A stretch of DNA of 64,000 bases from Phoronis australis (Eukaryota > Animalia > Phoronida). This document shows, in pieces, positions 39,201 through 50,480 of the stretch (the first letter of the stretch is position 1; every line of letters starts with the position of its first letter). The notes under the pieces are model-generated. The model made no database searches. It had not been told where the DNA came from and worked only from the letters and a program-made list of their open reading frames with translations. Where the stretch lies: contig NMRA01000358.1 of the NCBI GenBank assembly GCA_002633005.1, forward strand, positions 186,001 to 250,000, written 5' to 3'. Position numbers and translations under genes: made by a program.

Positions 39201-42200
39201 TTTTTGCAACTGATTTCAAAGCAGTTTAGAAAATTAGCACATAAAATATTATTTATATATATACCAATTCAATCTGGAGGCACTTTTAACTTCCCTGCCC
39301 GCGTGCTGCTCAGGCTTGCCCGTGCGCAAAATTCTCGCCCTCTTTCTAGTCGCCGACGTATTTCAGTCCCTTCCGGTACCACTTGTCACGTCTAGCGGAC
39401 ACATTTCTTAGCTCAAACAGAGTGCCATACAACCCTGCTTCCGCACGTTATTCTTTGCTCGAGCTAAGCCAAAAACGTCAAATGAAGGACAGAATACCCA
39501 TGGGTTCTCCAAATTGGCCCATAGATTTGAAGCATTGTGGGACAACTGACCCATTACCATGTTTTTTCTGAAATGATCCCGGCGGCGTTGGAGGCCTACT
39601 CTTTGCCTCGCTGGTTCCCTGCGTGCCGCTAAGGTGGTAGCCAGGCAGATATCACTTAATTTTCCTCTGAAAATTTTTTTACACCGGCGTTTCTGATTGG
39701 CCGGCCGAATTTTCAACAAGTAGCGCTTTACGCAAACAAACTGGCGTGACTGATGAAGGAAGTTTAAATGTGCGGTCTGTTGTACAGACAAATCGGTGCT
39801 TAAAATTCATGTTCAAGAAATGTGAATCCCGGAAAATTGTGGTTGCTCCTTTTCGGAGTGCATCTTTCTACTGTCGCTGACTTTTGTTTATGTTGCTGTC
39901 CTGTATTCATACAGTGTGAATAACACGCTAGTTAAATCGACCAGATGATGGCGTGTTTATTGCACATGTATGTGTTTCAAGCCCACGGCTATTATTAAAC
40001 ATTAGGCTTACTGAAGAAACGAAATAGTTGCTGCTACCCCACTTGCACGACAAGGCTAAAAATCGTTCATAGATCGCCATTTTTTCACTTTGTAAAGCTA
40101 ACCAATGAGCTGCCGAGGTTACATCAAGCAATGATAAAGCGCGTGCTACTGCCTGCTAGCTGCGTGCTGGCTACCAAGCAGCACGCAGGGAACCAGCGAG
40201 ACTTTGCGGAAATTTCCGGCATCCACTTGACGACTGATGACAACAGTTTTGGGGAATAATCCGACTACCGCTATGCTATAGCGGTAATTCGTTTTTTTAT
40301 TTTGAGGTATTGAGTTTATATGAGGAACTTGTATCAAGGAAGAGACGTCACCACCACTTTTCTAGTGTCCGACGTTTTTTGCGTCCTTAACGGCAATTTT
40401 AGTATTTTGGCATCCATTCCGTGCTGGTTTCTCTGTCCCACATATCGTTAAAATTGTGAAATTTCACAGTTATGGAGGATAGCATGACCACTCTCAGCCA
40501 TTTTGGTCAGTTTCGACTCTTGCTGCCTATTGATAATCTCATTACTTCAGTATTCACGACCCCTAGTGGTAACTTTAGTTTTCTTTCCTATAGTTTCACT
40601 GTCTACTACAAATGCACTCGCCAATTTTCGGATGACTAGCGTTGTGCCCTCTTCAAACAATTTTAAAAGGGTATTAAACTCTCTGATTTACAATTGTCAA
40701 GAGATATTTACCTCGGTTAGATCTCATTGAATCTTAGAAACAAAGTAACACCCTGTAACCCTCCTAAACTCTCAAAGGTTGCAAACAAGTTTGAAAACTA
40801 TACGAAGTCAGTTAAATCAGTCTGTGTCATTAAGGCTTTTGGATAATAAATAAACTTCTGTGGTGGAATACCAAATACCACGCACCGTGAACCTTAGGAT
40901 TTAGTTTGTGACCAAGTAAAGAAGATTTTTTGCGGAATGGGTACTTATCGTGCAATAGACGTGACATAACCAGTTTTTTGGTAAAATCCGCAAAATAAGG
41001 TTTAGTGTCTGCATCCTTTTAAGTTTTCTGGGGTCTGTTTAACGAAAAGTGAAATTTGGTCTTGCGCATTCTGTCGCATTTTTCCGTTATAAAACTTGTT
41101 CAGTAGGCAGCATTACTGATACTTGATAAGTTATTGGTGTCGGACATCTAACCTATATATAATGAACCAAGCGTACAATTTGCGTATGCTGTGCGCAAAC
41201 ACTTTTCTGTCTGGCTGCGAATAGCTGCATGTGTCGAGCGTATTCCGGGCTCACCCAGCTTTTCGACCACATACCTGACGCACTGCGTCGGCTTTCAGGG
41301 TGCGTTGTTCTTGTCCTTGAAGTGGGCTGGTTATTCGTCCAATGTACGCAGCTCATAGCTCACATGGCGGGAGCTTAGCTTCCGCGCCTGCCTACCCCCT
41401 CAAAGAACACAGCGTAATAGAATCGCGCTCCCCCGATGCACTTTGTGTTTATAACTTATGAAAGCGTACGCAGCATAATTTTGTGCATGCCCAAAACAGC
41501 TAGGCATATTGAGCCTTATATATGCTCATGCCGGTGTTCATGAAACGTAAACAAAACGATTGAGATACATATTGTGTGCTTATAATGTTCACGTCGGAGT
41601 GCGTAACGCATGAGGAATTGAGATACGCCAAAGTGTGACAAGGCCTTATGCGCAACTGATCTCTACATGTCCATTTGTTTCAGACCTGTCCAACAGCGCG
41701 CTTGTAGATGTAGTGAATGACGCACGTCGAATGGTACTCCCATTGCTTGATGTCGTGCCCACTATATTCGCCTCCCTCTCGCAGCATGGCTTGCTTGTTG
41801 GTTCGCGCTCTTCACAGGTAAACGAGTCTTGCACGTCTTGTCTCTCCACCGTTAACATGGGAAGTGGTAAGACACAGTGTTCATTACGTACACCCGGCAC
41901 ACTCAATGTTATTGGGTCGCTGTCTGAGATAGGAAACTTTAGGTTTTGTCAAGCACCAATACATATTGGTAATCTTGATGTCATTTTTCAGGTTCCAGAA
42001 AATAATGAGGGCGCGATATATCAAAAAGGGATTTGTTACATTTTGTTCATGTTGTGCACTGAGTCATGGTGTAGGTGAGTCTTCTCCAGCTGGTCGGTAG
42101 ACGCTCACGAAACGAAAGATCATGTCTGTCTCCGCGAGAGTACGTGATGGCACTTGCTTTACTCGCGAGATTCTTGTGCCAGTCCTTTACGACGACCTTG

Positions 42201-43396
42201 ACCTCGTTTTCAAGTCATGACCAAAAAATTTTAAGATTTCATCTCGCGCCGTTGAAATGGCTAAAACACGACATCGGAATTATACATTTCACTCTCATAA
42301 AATTGGTCTCGTAACATTTGGTACCGTCATAGGATTAGGTTTCCGCCAACTCAAGTCAATGCGCACATGCGCCCTATTCGACTTCACAATTTTAGGGTTG
42401 GCCAACCTCGATAATGAATTGAAGCGTTTTCCTGTGTAACTGATCGTTTCGATGTTCTTAGAAATATTACGAGACCGATTTTATGAGAGTAAAAGGCGTG
42501 ATTCGATTTTCGTATTTAAGCAGCTAAATCAGGGAAAAGCTGCTTTAGAGTTTGTTGTTCATGTTTTGTACCGAGTTGCATGTGGGTCATTCCCAGGTGC
42601 CATTGAATTCGGTCACCTTGGTCCCGTTTTCAAGATCGTAGCGAGAAATTTACGAGTGTGACTTGAAAAATGGGATGATATTTCAAGCTTTTCTTTCGAA
42701 CATTTTAACTTTTGACACTTATTTGTTCTCCTTTGTTTTTGTCAGTGTTAGTCATGTCAAATGTTGAGAACATGTTACATGTGAAACATACTACACTGTT
42801 AGTTTTGTCTCATTTTCAGTCTGGTAATGCAGAGTTGTTGTACTATCCAGCGTGCCGTCCAGAACAAATGACAAAGAAACTCGTCAGCGTGTCCGGTGCT
42901 GGTGATTGGTAGGTATCCCCGATGTCACGTTAATGTTTATTTACTCCTTGTGAAGGTGTCTTGATTCCAGTAATCCTTAATCTGGTTGGCCACCAGTAAA
43001 CTGCATGTGAGTGAGCTTCTGGGAAATAGCATGATACAACTGTACCAGGTGCAGCTGTGACCGTTTTTGGCAGAAACTCCACTAGTAAGTGTATTCATAG
43101 AAATTACCTTGTGATAGAGAAATCGATCAAAACGTCGTTCACACTGTCTTCGGTAATTGGTTGTTTATTTCCACAGTATGACTGTCGCCACCATCGCTTG
43201 CTTGATGCGCGGCCTTGACCTTGATACTGCTGTGAAGGCCGGTCTGCTCGCTGCTCAGGTCTCACTACAACACTTCGCTGCTGTCCCAAGTGTTCTCAGC
43301 CAACACTTGTTCACTTTGGACAAGATACACGACTGGGCACCGTGGGATGCGCTCAATCTGACAGATGGGGTTGCAAAGTTAATGAGAGCAAAATAG
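15239..43396 (+). CDS. Bifunctional pseudouridine-5'-phosphate glycosidase (PsuG/IndA-like) + PfkB-family pseudouridine kinase, 18 coding exons (~713 aa)
   Basis: Exons: 15239 (A of ATG), 16287-16376, 17351-17462, 18637-18811, 19675-19786, 20233-20339, 21013-21136, 22394-22514, 23253-23338, 23667-23833, 24165-24224, 24461-24622, 25820-25948, 27227-27341, 38672-38809, 41684-41817, 42820-42908, 43177-43396; 2142 nt in one frame. PsuG motifs: [72 protein letters not shown]. PfkB motifs: [29 protein letters not shown]. Confidence 0.93.
23339..23666 (+). other. U12-type (minor spliceosome) GT-AG intron
   Basis: 5' site GTATCCCT, branch point TCCTTAAC at 23648-23655 (9 nt before the AG), and no polypyrimidine tract. 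Splicing restores the conserved [13 protein letters not shown]. Confidence 0.85.
27966..28110 (+). mobile_element. Degenerate tRNA-derived SINE head
   Basis: A-box-like TGGTGTAGTTG and B-box-like GAGTTCGAGTCTC; no intact cloverleaf. Confidence 0.4.
28199..29585. mobile_element. Non-autonomous PIF/Harbinger-like transposon
   Basis: TIRs GGCC(C/T)GGTCTCCAATCTCC, 3-bp TSD CAG, and inverted subterminal TACTCGA-like repeats. Confidence 0.85.
32599..33338 (-). CDS. Claudin/PMP22-family gene: two shared constant exons (TM2-TM3; TM3-ECL2-TM4-tail)
   Basis: Exon 33186-33338 (phase-1 acceptor; [23 protein letters not shown]...QLFS) and exon 32599-32843 ([12 protein letters not shown]...[19 protein letters not shown]...QSKV*). 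The LSWSY motif is typical of invertebrate claudins; S-K-V is a class I PDZ-binding end. Confidence 0.92.
33938..34193 (-). CDS. Claudin variable first exon V1 (isoform ~217 aa)
   Basis: [30 protein letters not shown]...GLWEGC...GCEWIF...WLNP; phase-1 donor C|GTAAGT; contains the W-GLW-C-C claudin signature. Confidence 0.9.
34244..34256. promoter_or_regulatory. Octamer-containing motif ATTTGCATATCAA upstream of V1
   Basis: Exact 13-mer, 51 nt upstream of the V1 ATG; contains the POU octamer ATGCAAAT on the minus strand. Confidence 0.55.
34584..34848 (-). CDS. Claudin variable first exon V2 (isoform ~220 aa)
   Basis: [33 protein letters not shown]...GLWEVC...GCWWTF...WLQP; phase-1 donor C|GTAAGT. 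Confidence 0.9.
34901..34913. promoter_or_regulatory. Octamer-containing motif ATTTGCATATCAA upstream of V2
   Basis: The same 13-mer, 53 nt upstream of the V2 ATG; flanking sequence is otherwise dissimilar to that of V1. Confidence 0.55.
35053..35305 (-). CDS. Claudin variable first exon V3 (isoform ~216 aa, possibly N-terminally extended)
   Basis: [30 protein letters not shown]...GLWEAC...GCHWIF...YITP; phase-1 donor A|GTAAGT; the frame stays open upstream of the ATG. Confidence 0.88.
36165..36230. repeat. (TCAC)n microsatellite; (TTAC/TTAT)n tract nearby at 36510-36610
   Basis: Read directly from the sequence. Confidence 0.95.
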
Positions 43397-44834
43397 GTAT
43401 TCCAGGACTGTGTGCGACAGTTTCAGTCACTTCAGAACAATCGTTTTAAATGAAAACAATCAACGTTTTAAATTAATACAACTATCATGAATACGATCTC
43501 AGGTTTTGGCGGAACAGTAACTGTGCCAGCACACGTTGCCTGTCTCTGTCCGATTAGTGGGCATTGCACGTTTCCAAGGTCGCGTGTATAAGGTTCCTGT
43601 TTTGTCCATGCCAGTTCAATATCAGCCTATTCTAATGACAGGACTCTAAATGTAGACTTTCTAGTAGTCGTTAGATTCTTATCCCTTGAATGGGATTTGC
43701 TAGCGAAGCAGAGATTGAGGTGTGATCAGGTAAAAAAGCACAGTTGGTTCTGATCTTTTTTGAGTTGGAGATGCAGTAATGTTTTGGTTGCTCACTTTTT
43801 CAAACCTAGAAAGAAAGTCCACTTAGACAGGAAAAATGATGCGCATGTTGTTTTATTTTACTCATGGATTGTAAAATCATGGCATTTCAAATCTCTCTTA
43901 GTCCCTGTGTGCAGCTTTTCAAAAAAAAACACTCAATACCTAGCTTGTCTGAAATTGATGTGGTCAGGCGATTTTGCTTTTATGCAGTCTGTGCAGGTCT
44001 CCAAATGAGTCGGATAGAGACCAGAACCGACTTTATTTTGTTGGCCTTATTTATGAGCACTTTGGTCTTCTTTTTACATTAATTGATTACAATTGTGTTC
44101 TCGGCCTCATCTGTGCTTTGATTGTCGCGATCATGAACGACTGTGAAGCTTTAGCAGCAGTCAACTATTTCTGCACGTATTTGTTGGCAAGAGTAGACTT
44201 GAGTTATGGGTCAAAGTGCTAGCATCCTTTTAATAGAATGTTTCAGCCTTAGGTTGTGATGCCTAACTAAATTCAGGGATACAACAGAACTGTGCGGACA
44301 GGCTGTGACAAACAGTTATTGGTGATCTCGTGAGTTGGGAGGAAGTGTCTCCAGGGATCTATGAGCCATTGAGATTTCTGGAAAGACTGTGACTGCCAGA
44401 GACTATCTGCAGGTTTCTCAGGATCAAAAGGTCAACTGGAACTCTAGTATGCCAAAAGAGTTCTAGTTTTCTTCTAGTTTTCGGTTAACTTTCCAACTAA
44501 GAACGGGTCTGTTGAATTTTGTATTTGGTCTCTGTTTCGAATTCATAATCATCAATGCAAGGTCCGATTGTTTGCGCTTTGGCTAGTCTGCTTTCATTTC
44601 ATTGTTTTTATTTTAAAATTGATTATACTTTTCGTTAGAGGTTTGAGGCACATATGTATTATTAAGTTTGTATTGCGATACAGTTAAAACTATAAGGAGT
44701 GGTGAGCTCCACCGAGGCCCACTGGAACCAATATGTATACTTCTACATACAGTAATATCTTCATCGAACAGAAGTAAAATAATAATCTAACAACGAACAA
44801 CGACGTTTGTAATGTTAAAACAATCCAGTTGCTC

Positions 44835-45161
44835 TTAGTAAAAGTCAGTAAAAGCTGGCTCGTGTTCCATGGCGTTCCTTGAGTCAATGAATGGTAAGGT
44901 TGGACGGCTTATAGTCGGAATTGCAGCCGGCGTGACAGAAGGAAAGCTCCGTCTTGTAGCCGGAATTGCAGCCGGCGTGGCAGATGGTGGAGCAGGTCTT
45001 ACAGCCGTCAGGGCAGTCGGAAAGGCAGCGAGCACGTCGTCTGCCATGGCAGCTGGAATGGTCCGATTTGTCTGTGGTCGTAACAGATCCAAGGACGACT
45101 CATAATCTGGCGTACTATTGACACGAGAATCTCTCCGCACGTGTGGTCGCGTGATAGAAAA
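44835..45161 (-). CDS. Orphan terminal-exon-like ORF (Pro/Ala/Thr-rich, 108 codons)
   Basis: Strong acceptor TTTTCTTTCCAG, phase 0, open frame FSITRPHVRRDSR...TPAAIP...TPAAIP...FTDFY*, with AATAAA ~220 nt downstream (44607-44612). Upstream exons were not resolved. Confidence 0.4.
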   Translation of the reverse strand, partial: FSITRPHVRRDSRVNSTPDYESSLDLLRPQTNRTIPAAMADDVLAAFPTALTAVRPAPPSATPAAIPATRRSFPSVTPAAIPTISRPTLPFIDSRNAMEHEPAFTDFY

Positions 45162-45346
45162 CTGGAAAGAAAATCACCGACCCATAATTATATAACTGAA
45201 TCTGTTATGGGATCATGCGTTGTCATAAATTTTAAAATTTATACACTAATTTACTGGGTTAATAAAATTGAAAACAGTCACCGAAAACACGATCTCAAAT
45301 GCCAATGCCCCAAGTACTGCGCGCACCTAGGAGGGGGGGGGGGGGC

Positions 45347-45593
45347 NNNNNNNNNNNNNNNNNNNNNNNNNNNNNNNNNNNNNNNNNNNNNNNNNNNNNN
45401 NNNNNNNNNNNNNNNNNNNNNNNNNNNNNNNNNNNNNNNNNNNNNNNNNNNNNNNNNNNNNNNNNNNNNNNNNNNNNNNNNNNNNNNNNNNNNNNNNNNN
45501 NNNNNNNNNNNNNNNNNNNNNNNNNNNNNNNNNNNNNNNNNNNNNNNNNNNNNNNNNNNNNNNNNNNNNNNNNNNNNNNNNNNNNNNNNNNNN
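45347..45593. other. Assembly gap (247 N) between G- and C-homopolymers
   Basis: N run; the right flank is a MITE end (AACTCAAAATCCTGGATCCGCCCCTG). Confidence 0.99.
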
Positions 45594-46223
45594 CCCCCCC
45601 CCCCCTAACTCAAAATCCTGGATCCGCCCCTGCTATTACATTCGTAATAGAATGCCTTCCTGTGTCATCGGAAATGTAATCTTTATGATCACTGTACTTT
45701 CAATGTTTCATGGCCTTTGTTCCCTAAATGGCTGTTCAATAATGTCAGAAAGACCGATTAACAGGAAGGGAAAACTGTTGTGCGTTTTAACTTGTTTTCA
45801 AATGAATGTGGTTTAAAGAGAAACTGTTCTCGTTTCATCACCGTGTATGGGAAATTTTGGGACGTGAGTGGAATTTAAGGGTGCGGGTCTGTGGATTCGT
45901 AACGCGTGTTCGGTGACTGCTGGTATAGGATGTAATTGTGTCCACCCCGGGGGCAGTGGTGCTATTGAATCGTAGAGAAACGTTTGATACAGTACGAAAG
46001 CATGGAGTTGTGCTTAGAGAGAATCGAGTAAGAACAGAGGAGTGATTACATGTACGGGGTTGCTGTATGATACTTGCTAGAATTAAAACAATTATAAATA
46101 TACCTTTCGTGACATAAATGCTCGATTCCACTGACTGCTATGAAATTGGTCTCAAATTGTTCCTTAGTCAAAATAGGTGTGATTTCGAGACTTAAAGAAC
46201 AAGAAGTTCGTTATTGCTGGAGA

Positions 46224-46510
46224 CATAGACCATAGACTATAGTACATGTTGTCTATAACAGTGGCAGATCTACGATTTCAGTAAGGGGGGGGGGTTAGGA
46301 TTCGAAAGAATCCGAGGCGCGTAGCGCCGAGGAGAAGGAAGGTCGTGAGAGGGTTTCCCTTCTCCCGTGTAAGATTTTTTGGGATTTTTAGTACCTAATT
46401 TCGTTTTTCTGACGATTTTTTTCCAGTTTTTAATTTTGATCCTGTCCCGAGGGGGGGGGGGTTAAACCCCCTGAACCCCCCCCTGTAGATCCGCCTCTGT
46501 ATAATCTATG
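46224..46510. mobile_element. CATAG...CTATG micro-element (7-bp TSD CTGGAGA) hosting a nested MITE
   Basis: CTGGAGA at 46217-46223 and 46511-46517; ends CATAGAC / TCTATG. Confidence 0.65.
46259..46499. mobile_element. MITE with CAGTGGCAGATCTAC-type TIRs and 5-bp TSD
   Basis: Ends CAGTGGCAGATCTAC / GTAGATCCGCCTCTG; TATAA duplicated on both sides. Confidence 0.8.
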
Positions 46511-46654
46511 CTGGAGATTAGGCTAGTTGGCTTGTCGTGAGGAGCATGGTCCTGAGTGATGAGCTGCCAGTTTGGATAACAACGTGAAGAAGGATGGAAC
46601 GCGGATCTCGGCATTGTTGCCGCTTCTTATGATAGCTTTTTTATTAAAAACGCT

Positions 46655-47420
46655 AAATATAATACCTTATACCACATTATCAGCCCGATATGGCCAATAT
46701 AACCATTAGTTATTTAATTCGTGTTGAGTAACGTTTTGGCGGGAATCTGAGGCCGGATTCGAAACCGCTTTGCTGAAGTTTCAACCCGTCGACTTCACTG
46801 CTGCGCCATTCAGCAGCTGGCGTCATCAGTCTTACGTGACAATAGAATACTTAATGGCGTTGTACGTACATTTATACTCTGCGAAAATTAAGACGCACAA
46901 TTTCAATAAAAACGACATCTTTAATATTAGTAAAAAATTTTCTGTCATTTTCTCTCGCGTGTAAATCACCGTTTTTCAGTTTAAACGTTGGTAACATGCA
47001 GCGTTTGGAATACACGCTGACCGTGTGTCCCGTTGCCAGTAGATTTGGGGCCGGGCTAGTAACTTTTAAAAGTTAACTTGGCACCCGGGCCAGTAAATGT
47101 TCACTGGGCCGGCGGGCCAGCACATTTATTTGCTGAAGTTCGAACACTGGTAACATGTCGGTTTCCTTTGACTTATACTCAGCCAGTAACCAGTGGTGAC
47201 CTACTTTAGCAGACGTTATTTTCACGGTGGAAGCTTAGCATAAGATGCTAATAGTAAGCTAGACTAGTTCAGCCGTTATCCCCCTTATCTAGAGCCCGAG
47301 TGGATTATGTAGAATTATCGCTATCGGGACTAACGCCCCTCGGGCGATAATTCTTCAAAATCCACTCGGGCTCTAGATTACGGGGGGATAACGACTTCGC
47401 CATGTAATAATCTACATTTA
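46655..47420. mobile_element. Crypton-like non-autonomous element, copy 1 (terminal hairpin, internal tRNA-like box)
   Basis: Colinear homology to 48630-49500 (e.g. CCAGTGGT(G/A)ACCTACTTTAGCAGACG); ~120-bp palindrome at 47275-47392. The family assignment is inference. Confidence 0.6.
46999..47149. mobile_element. hAT-type MITE nested in the Crypton-like copy 1
   Basis: 8-bp TSD GTAACATG; ends CAGCGTTTGGAA / TTCGAACACTG. Confidence 0.75.
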
Positions 47421-47661
47421 CAGTGATTGTTTCTCGTTAATGTTAATTATAAAACGGCGTATTTTATTCCCATGCAAACAAGTCCGTGAAAAACAGGCTG
47501 GATAGGCCTTACTGGATAAACAAAGTGGCCGGTGCTTGAAACGGACTGTTAAAAAAATAGACTATCGCAACTTCCAAACCCGATTTCGCTTGTACTCGCG
47601 GCAGAAGTACAATCTGCCGAGAGTGCCAGATTTAACCGCGCTGAGCATCTGAAGCTATCGC

Positions 47662-47914
47662 TGGCCAAATGCGTATTATACTAAACGTTAAGCACGTAAA
47701 TTACGTGCGTAAGTTAATTCTTGTTAGGGGCGTAAAGTAACTACTTGCGGCATTAAACTTCTGGGTTATTTTGCGCCGCAAATAATTAATTTACGCTGCA
47801 AATAATTACTTTACGTCGCAAATAGTTACTTCACGCTGCAAATAGTTACTTTACCCCTCTAACAAGAATTAATTTTCGCACGTAGTTTACGTGTGTAGTT
47901 CACCCATTTGGCCA
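47662..47914. mobile_element. Palindromic MITE with internal 20-bp tandem units
   Basis: TGGCCAAATG...CATTTGGCCA ends, long imperfect inverted arms, AATAGTTACTTTACGCTGCA-like repeats. Confidence 0.65.
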
Positions 47915-48629
47915 AAGATAAGAAATAGACTTCTAATGATCTTAGACACCTGCTGCTGAAGCACGTGCGCGGCCTGTACGAGTCTATAGTCGATTTCAGC
48001 GCCAATTATACCTCTACGGTAAACACGTGCAGGTGCGCCTGCGGGAATTTCCGATGGTGTGCGTTAGAGTAAACATTTTCAAACCACAAATACGTCATTG
48101 ATGGCCATAGAACAAAGAAACTGATCAAATTCTGTTGACAAAGGACCGCTTTTTCTAATGGAATACATTTTTTTCTCAGTTACTGCAATTATTCATGGAA
48201 ATTTTGCCAAAAATCATTGTTTTGCCCCTTGACATTTCCTGGTAATGTCTTCTTGAGATTGTTGATGGAGAATAATGACTACTTTTGGCTGAATCAAGAT
48301 TTGTAACTATTCCAGAAGTTTACAGTTAAAAGAGTTTTATTCATATTAATTTAATGTGATTCCAGCGAGTCTGGTCTGCAATTATGAGAAATTGCACATT
48401 TCTTTCCCACAAGAAGGTGTTTATACTTTGTCTTGGGACAGATCAGTTGTGAAGTTTCACTAAAAGTATTATTGTCAGTTTGATATTATGTATCAAATAT
48501 ATGTATGACAATTTGTTAATAGTGAACTCTTATATTTTCATTATCTCTCGTATTTACTAAATTTACTGCTCTACGTAACCCAATCAGTGTTTGAAAAAAC
48601 AAATTTATATATTTTGTTCTGGAAATAAA

Positions 48630-49500
48630 TAAGTATTTATACCACAATATTGGCGTCAAATGGCAGATACAACCCATAAAGTTATCTCACTAGTGAGATA
48701 TCGATTTGGCGGGAAACCGAGGACGGAGTCGAAGCCGGGACGTTGAGTTTATTGGTCGCCGACCTTAACCACTACACCACGCAGCGGCTGACGTCATCAA
48801 GAGTGAAAATAGAATACTTAAATGAGCACGCGCAATAATCGCACGTTCAACAAACCGCATTGTACTGTACGTATACGCTACGAAAAATAAGACACATAAT
48901 TTCCATAAAAATGATATCTTAATTCAATGAAATATTTCTTTCATGTCCTCTTACTTGTAAATCACCGATCTCCAGTTTGAATGCGGGTATCGTGTCGTCA
49001 GGATCTTTGGCTTGAGAATTATATTCAGTTACCAGTGGTAACCTACTTTAGCAGACGATAATTTCCCGGTCGAAGCTTAGCGTGAAAAAAACGTGTTTTA
49101 TGCTATAATAGTTGGTAAACCTTAATTTATAAATTCAGTTTATTTCTATTATATTTAAGTTTTCAATTGGTTTTGAGTAAAAGCATTATTTGACAAAAAT
49201 AGCCCGGCTTTTCTTAAAAGGTCACGACCTCCGACCCCGGGCCTCTGACATAGAAAGTAGTTACAAAGCCGTGGAGAGTCAGAAAAGGTAAATCGATTCA
49301 TTGCAATGTTTCTCGTTTAGTATGTGGTATAAATAGATTATTACATGTTCTCAGCCGTTATCCCCCTTATCTAGAGCCCTCGTGGATTTTGAAGAATTAT
49401 CACCCTCGGGGCTAACGCCCCTCGGGCGATAATTCTCCAAAATCCACTCGGGCTCTAGATAACGGGGGATAACGACTTCGCCATGTAATAATCTATATTT
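48630..49500. mobile_element. Crypton-like non-autonomous element, copy 2
   Basis: 5' TATTTATACCACA and subterminal TGTGGTATAAATA inverted repeat, followed by a ~170-bp hairpin (49331-49500). Confidence 0.65.
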
Positions 49501-49636
49501 ATCTCGTATTTCTCATTATTATCTAATCTCGTATCTTATATCATTTGATTTCTTATATTGTTGCACTGTATTTGGATTATGTTAATATTTAACGAGGTAT
49601 TAGCACAGGTAACGACAAGCATCTGGGTACGAATAA

Positions 49637-50480
49637 GGCCACATTACCCCCCCCCCCTCTAGAAAAGGGTGTTCCACGAATTATATTTTCTTAAGAATTT
49701 TGACATGTTATAGAACAGCTCAATACCTTTCTTTGGTATATAATTTATAAATTTTCCATTTTGTTTTGGGTTACACCCCTTATGAGCACAAATCGCCCGG
49801 TAAAAGTAATTAAATGAATCGGTAGAAGAAATGATATTTTAGTGTTATTGCAGTTTAAACAATATCGGACAGTTAGCAAATACCCAGTGGTACGATGACG
49901 TCACGTGCTGGCTATAAGTAAAGCCTTTGGGTAATGTGTCAGATTTTTGTTGAGGGAAAACTGCGGCTAGTGAAGCCTGTACGCCGCCGTAGACGTACCT
50001 TTGTCTGTGTGTCTATACGGGCCCAGTCAGGCAAGAACGTGACTTTCACTGGTTGGTGAGAGTATCTTCTGCTGCCGATTGACCTGGATAACCGTCGATG
50101 TGAGTGGCGTTTGTTAGAGTCACCGATCGAATTGGATGATCGTTGACTAGAGCGTCGTGCTTGGGAGTGACTGGTCGAACCGGATGACCGTCGATGAGAG
50201 AGGCGTGTTCCTGGGTCATTAATCGATTTGGATGACCGTCGACTAGAGTGACGTTTTCGAGAGTCGCCTCTTTTACTGGAATATCTCTACCAGAAGAAAA
50301 TACCAGGTATTCACAATTTCAACTGAACATGGCAGCGATCAGCGCAAATACATACATGTACATCTTCATGACGTAATCATTTATCATTTCCTTTTTGTTT
50401 TTTACAACATTAGCTATTTAAAAAAACGTTTTTCATTGATAGGCGCTCAAGGTCTTATTCGCATGCCTGCGAATGTAGCC
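49637..50480. mobile_element. Possible non-autonomous element (TWA-flanked, Zator/Harbinger-like) with an internal degenerate tandem repeat
   Basis: TAA-GGCCACATT ... AATGTAGCC-TGA; repeated GGATGACCGTCGA units at ~50080-50260. Confidence 0.4.

Noticed and set aside
39190-41560. CpG-rich intronic block resembling transposon interior
   Set aside because: No matching termini, TSD or coding motif could be defined, so it was left unannotated.
42913-42920. Second U12 donor GTATCCCC
   Set aside because: The frame requires the U2 donor GTAGGT at 42909, and the acceptor at 43176 has a normal pyrimidine tract with no U12 branch point.
45141-45679. ORFs spanning poly-G / N / poly-C
   Set aside because: Artefacts of the assembly gap.
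48718-48787. Genuine tRNA gene
   Set aside because: A and B boxes are present but acceptor and anticodon stems do not pair well, and it is embedded in a repeat.
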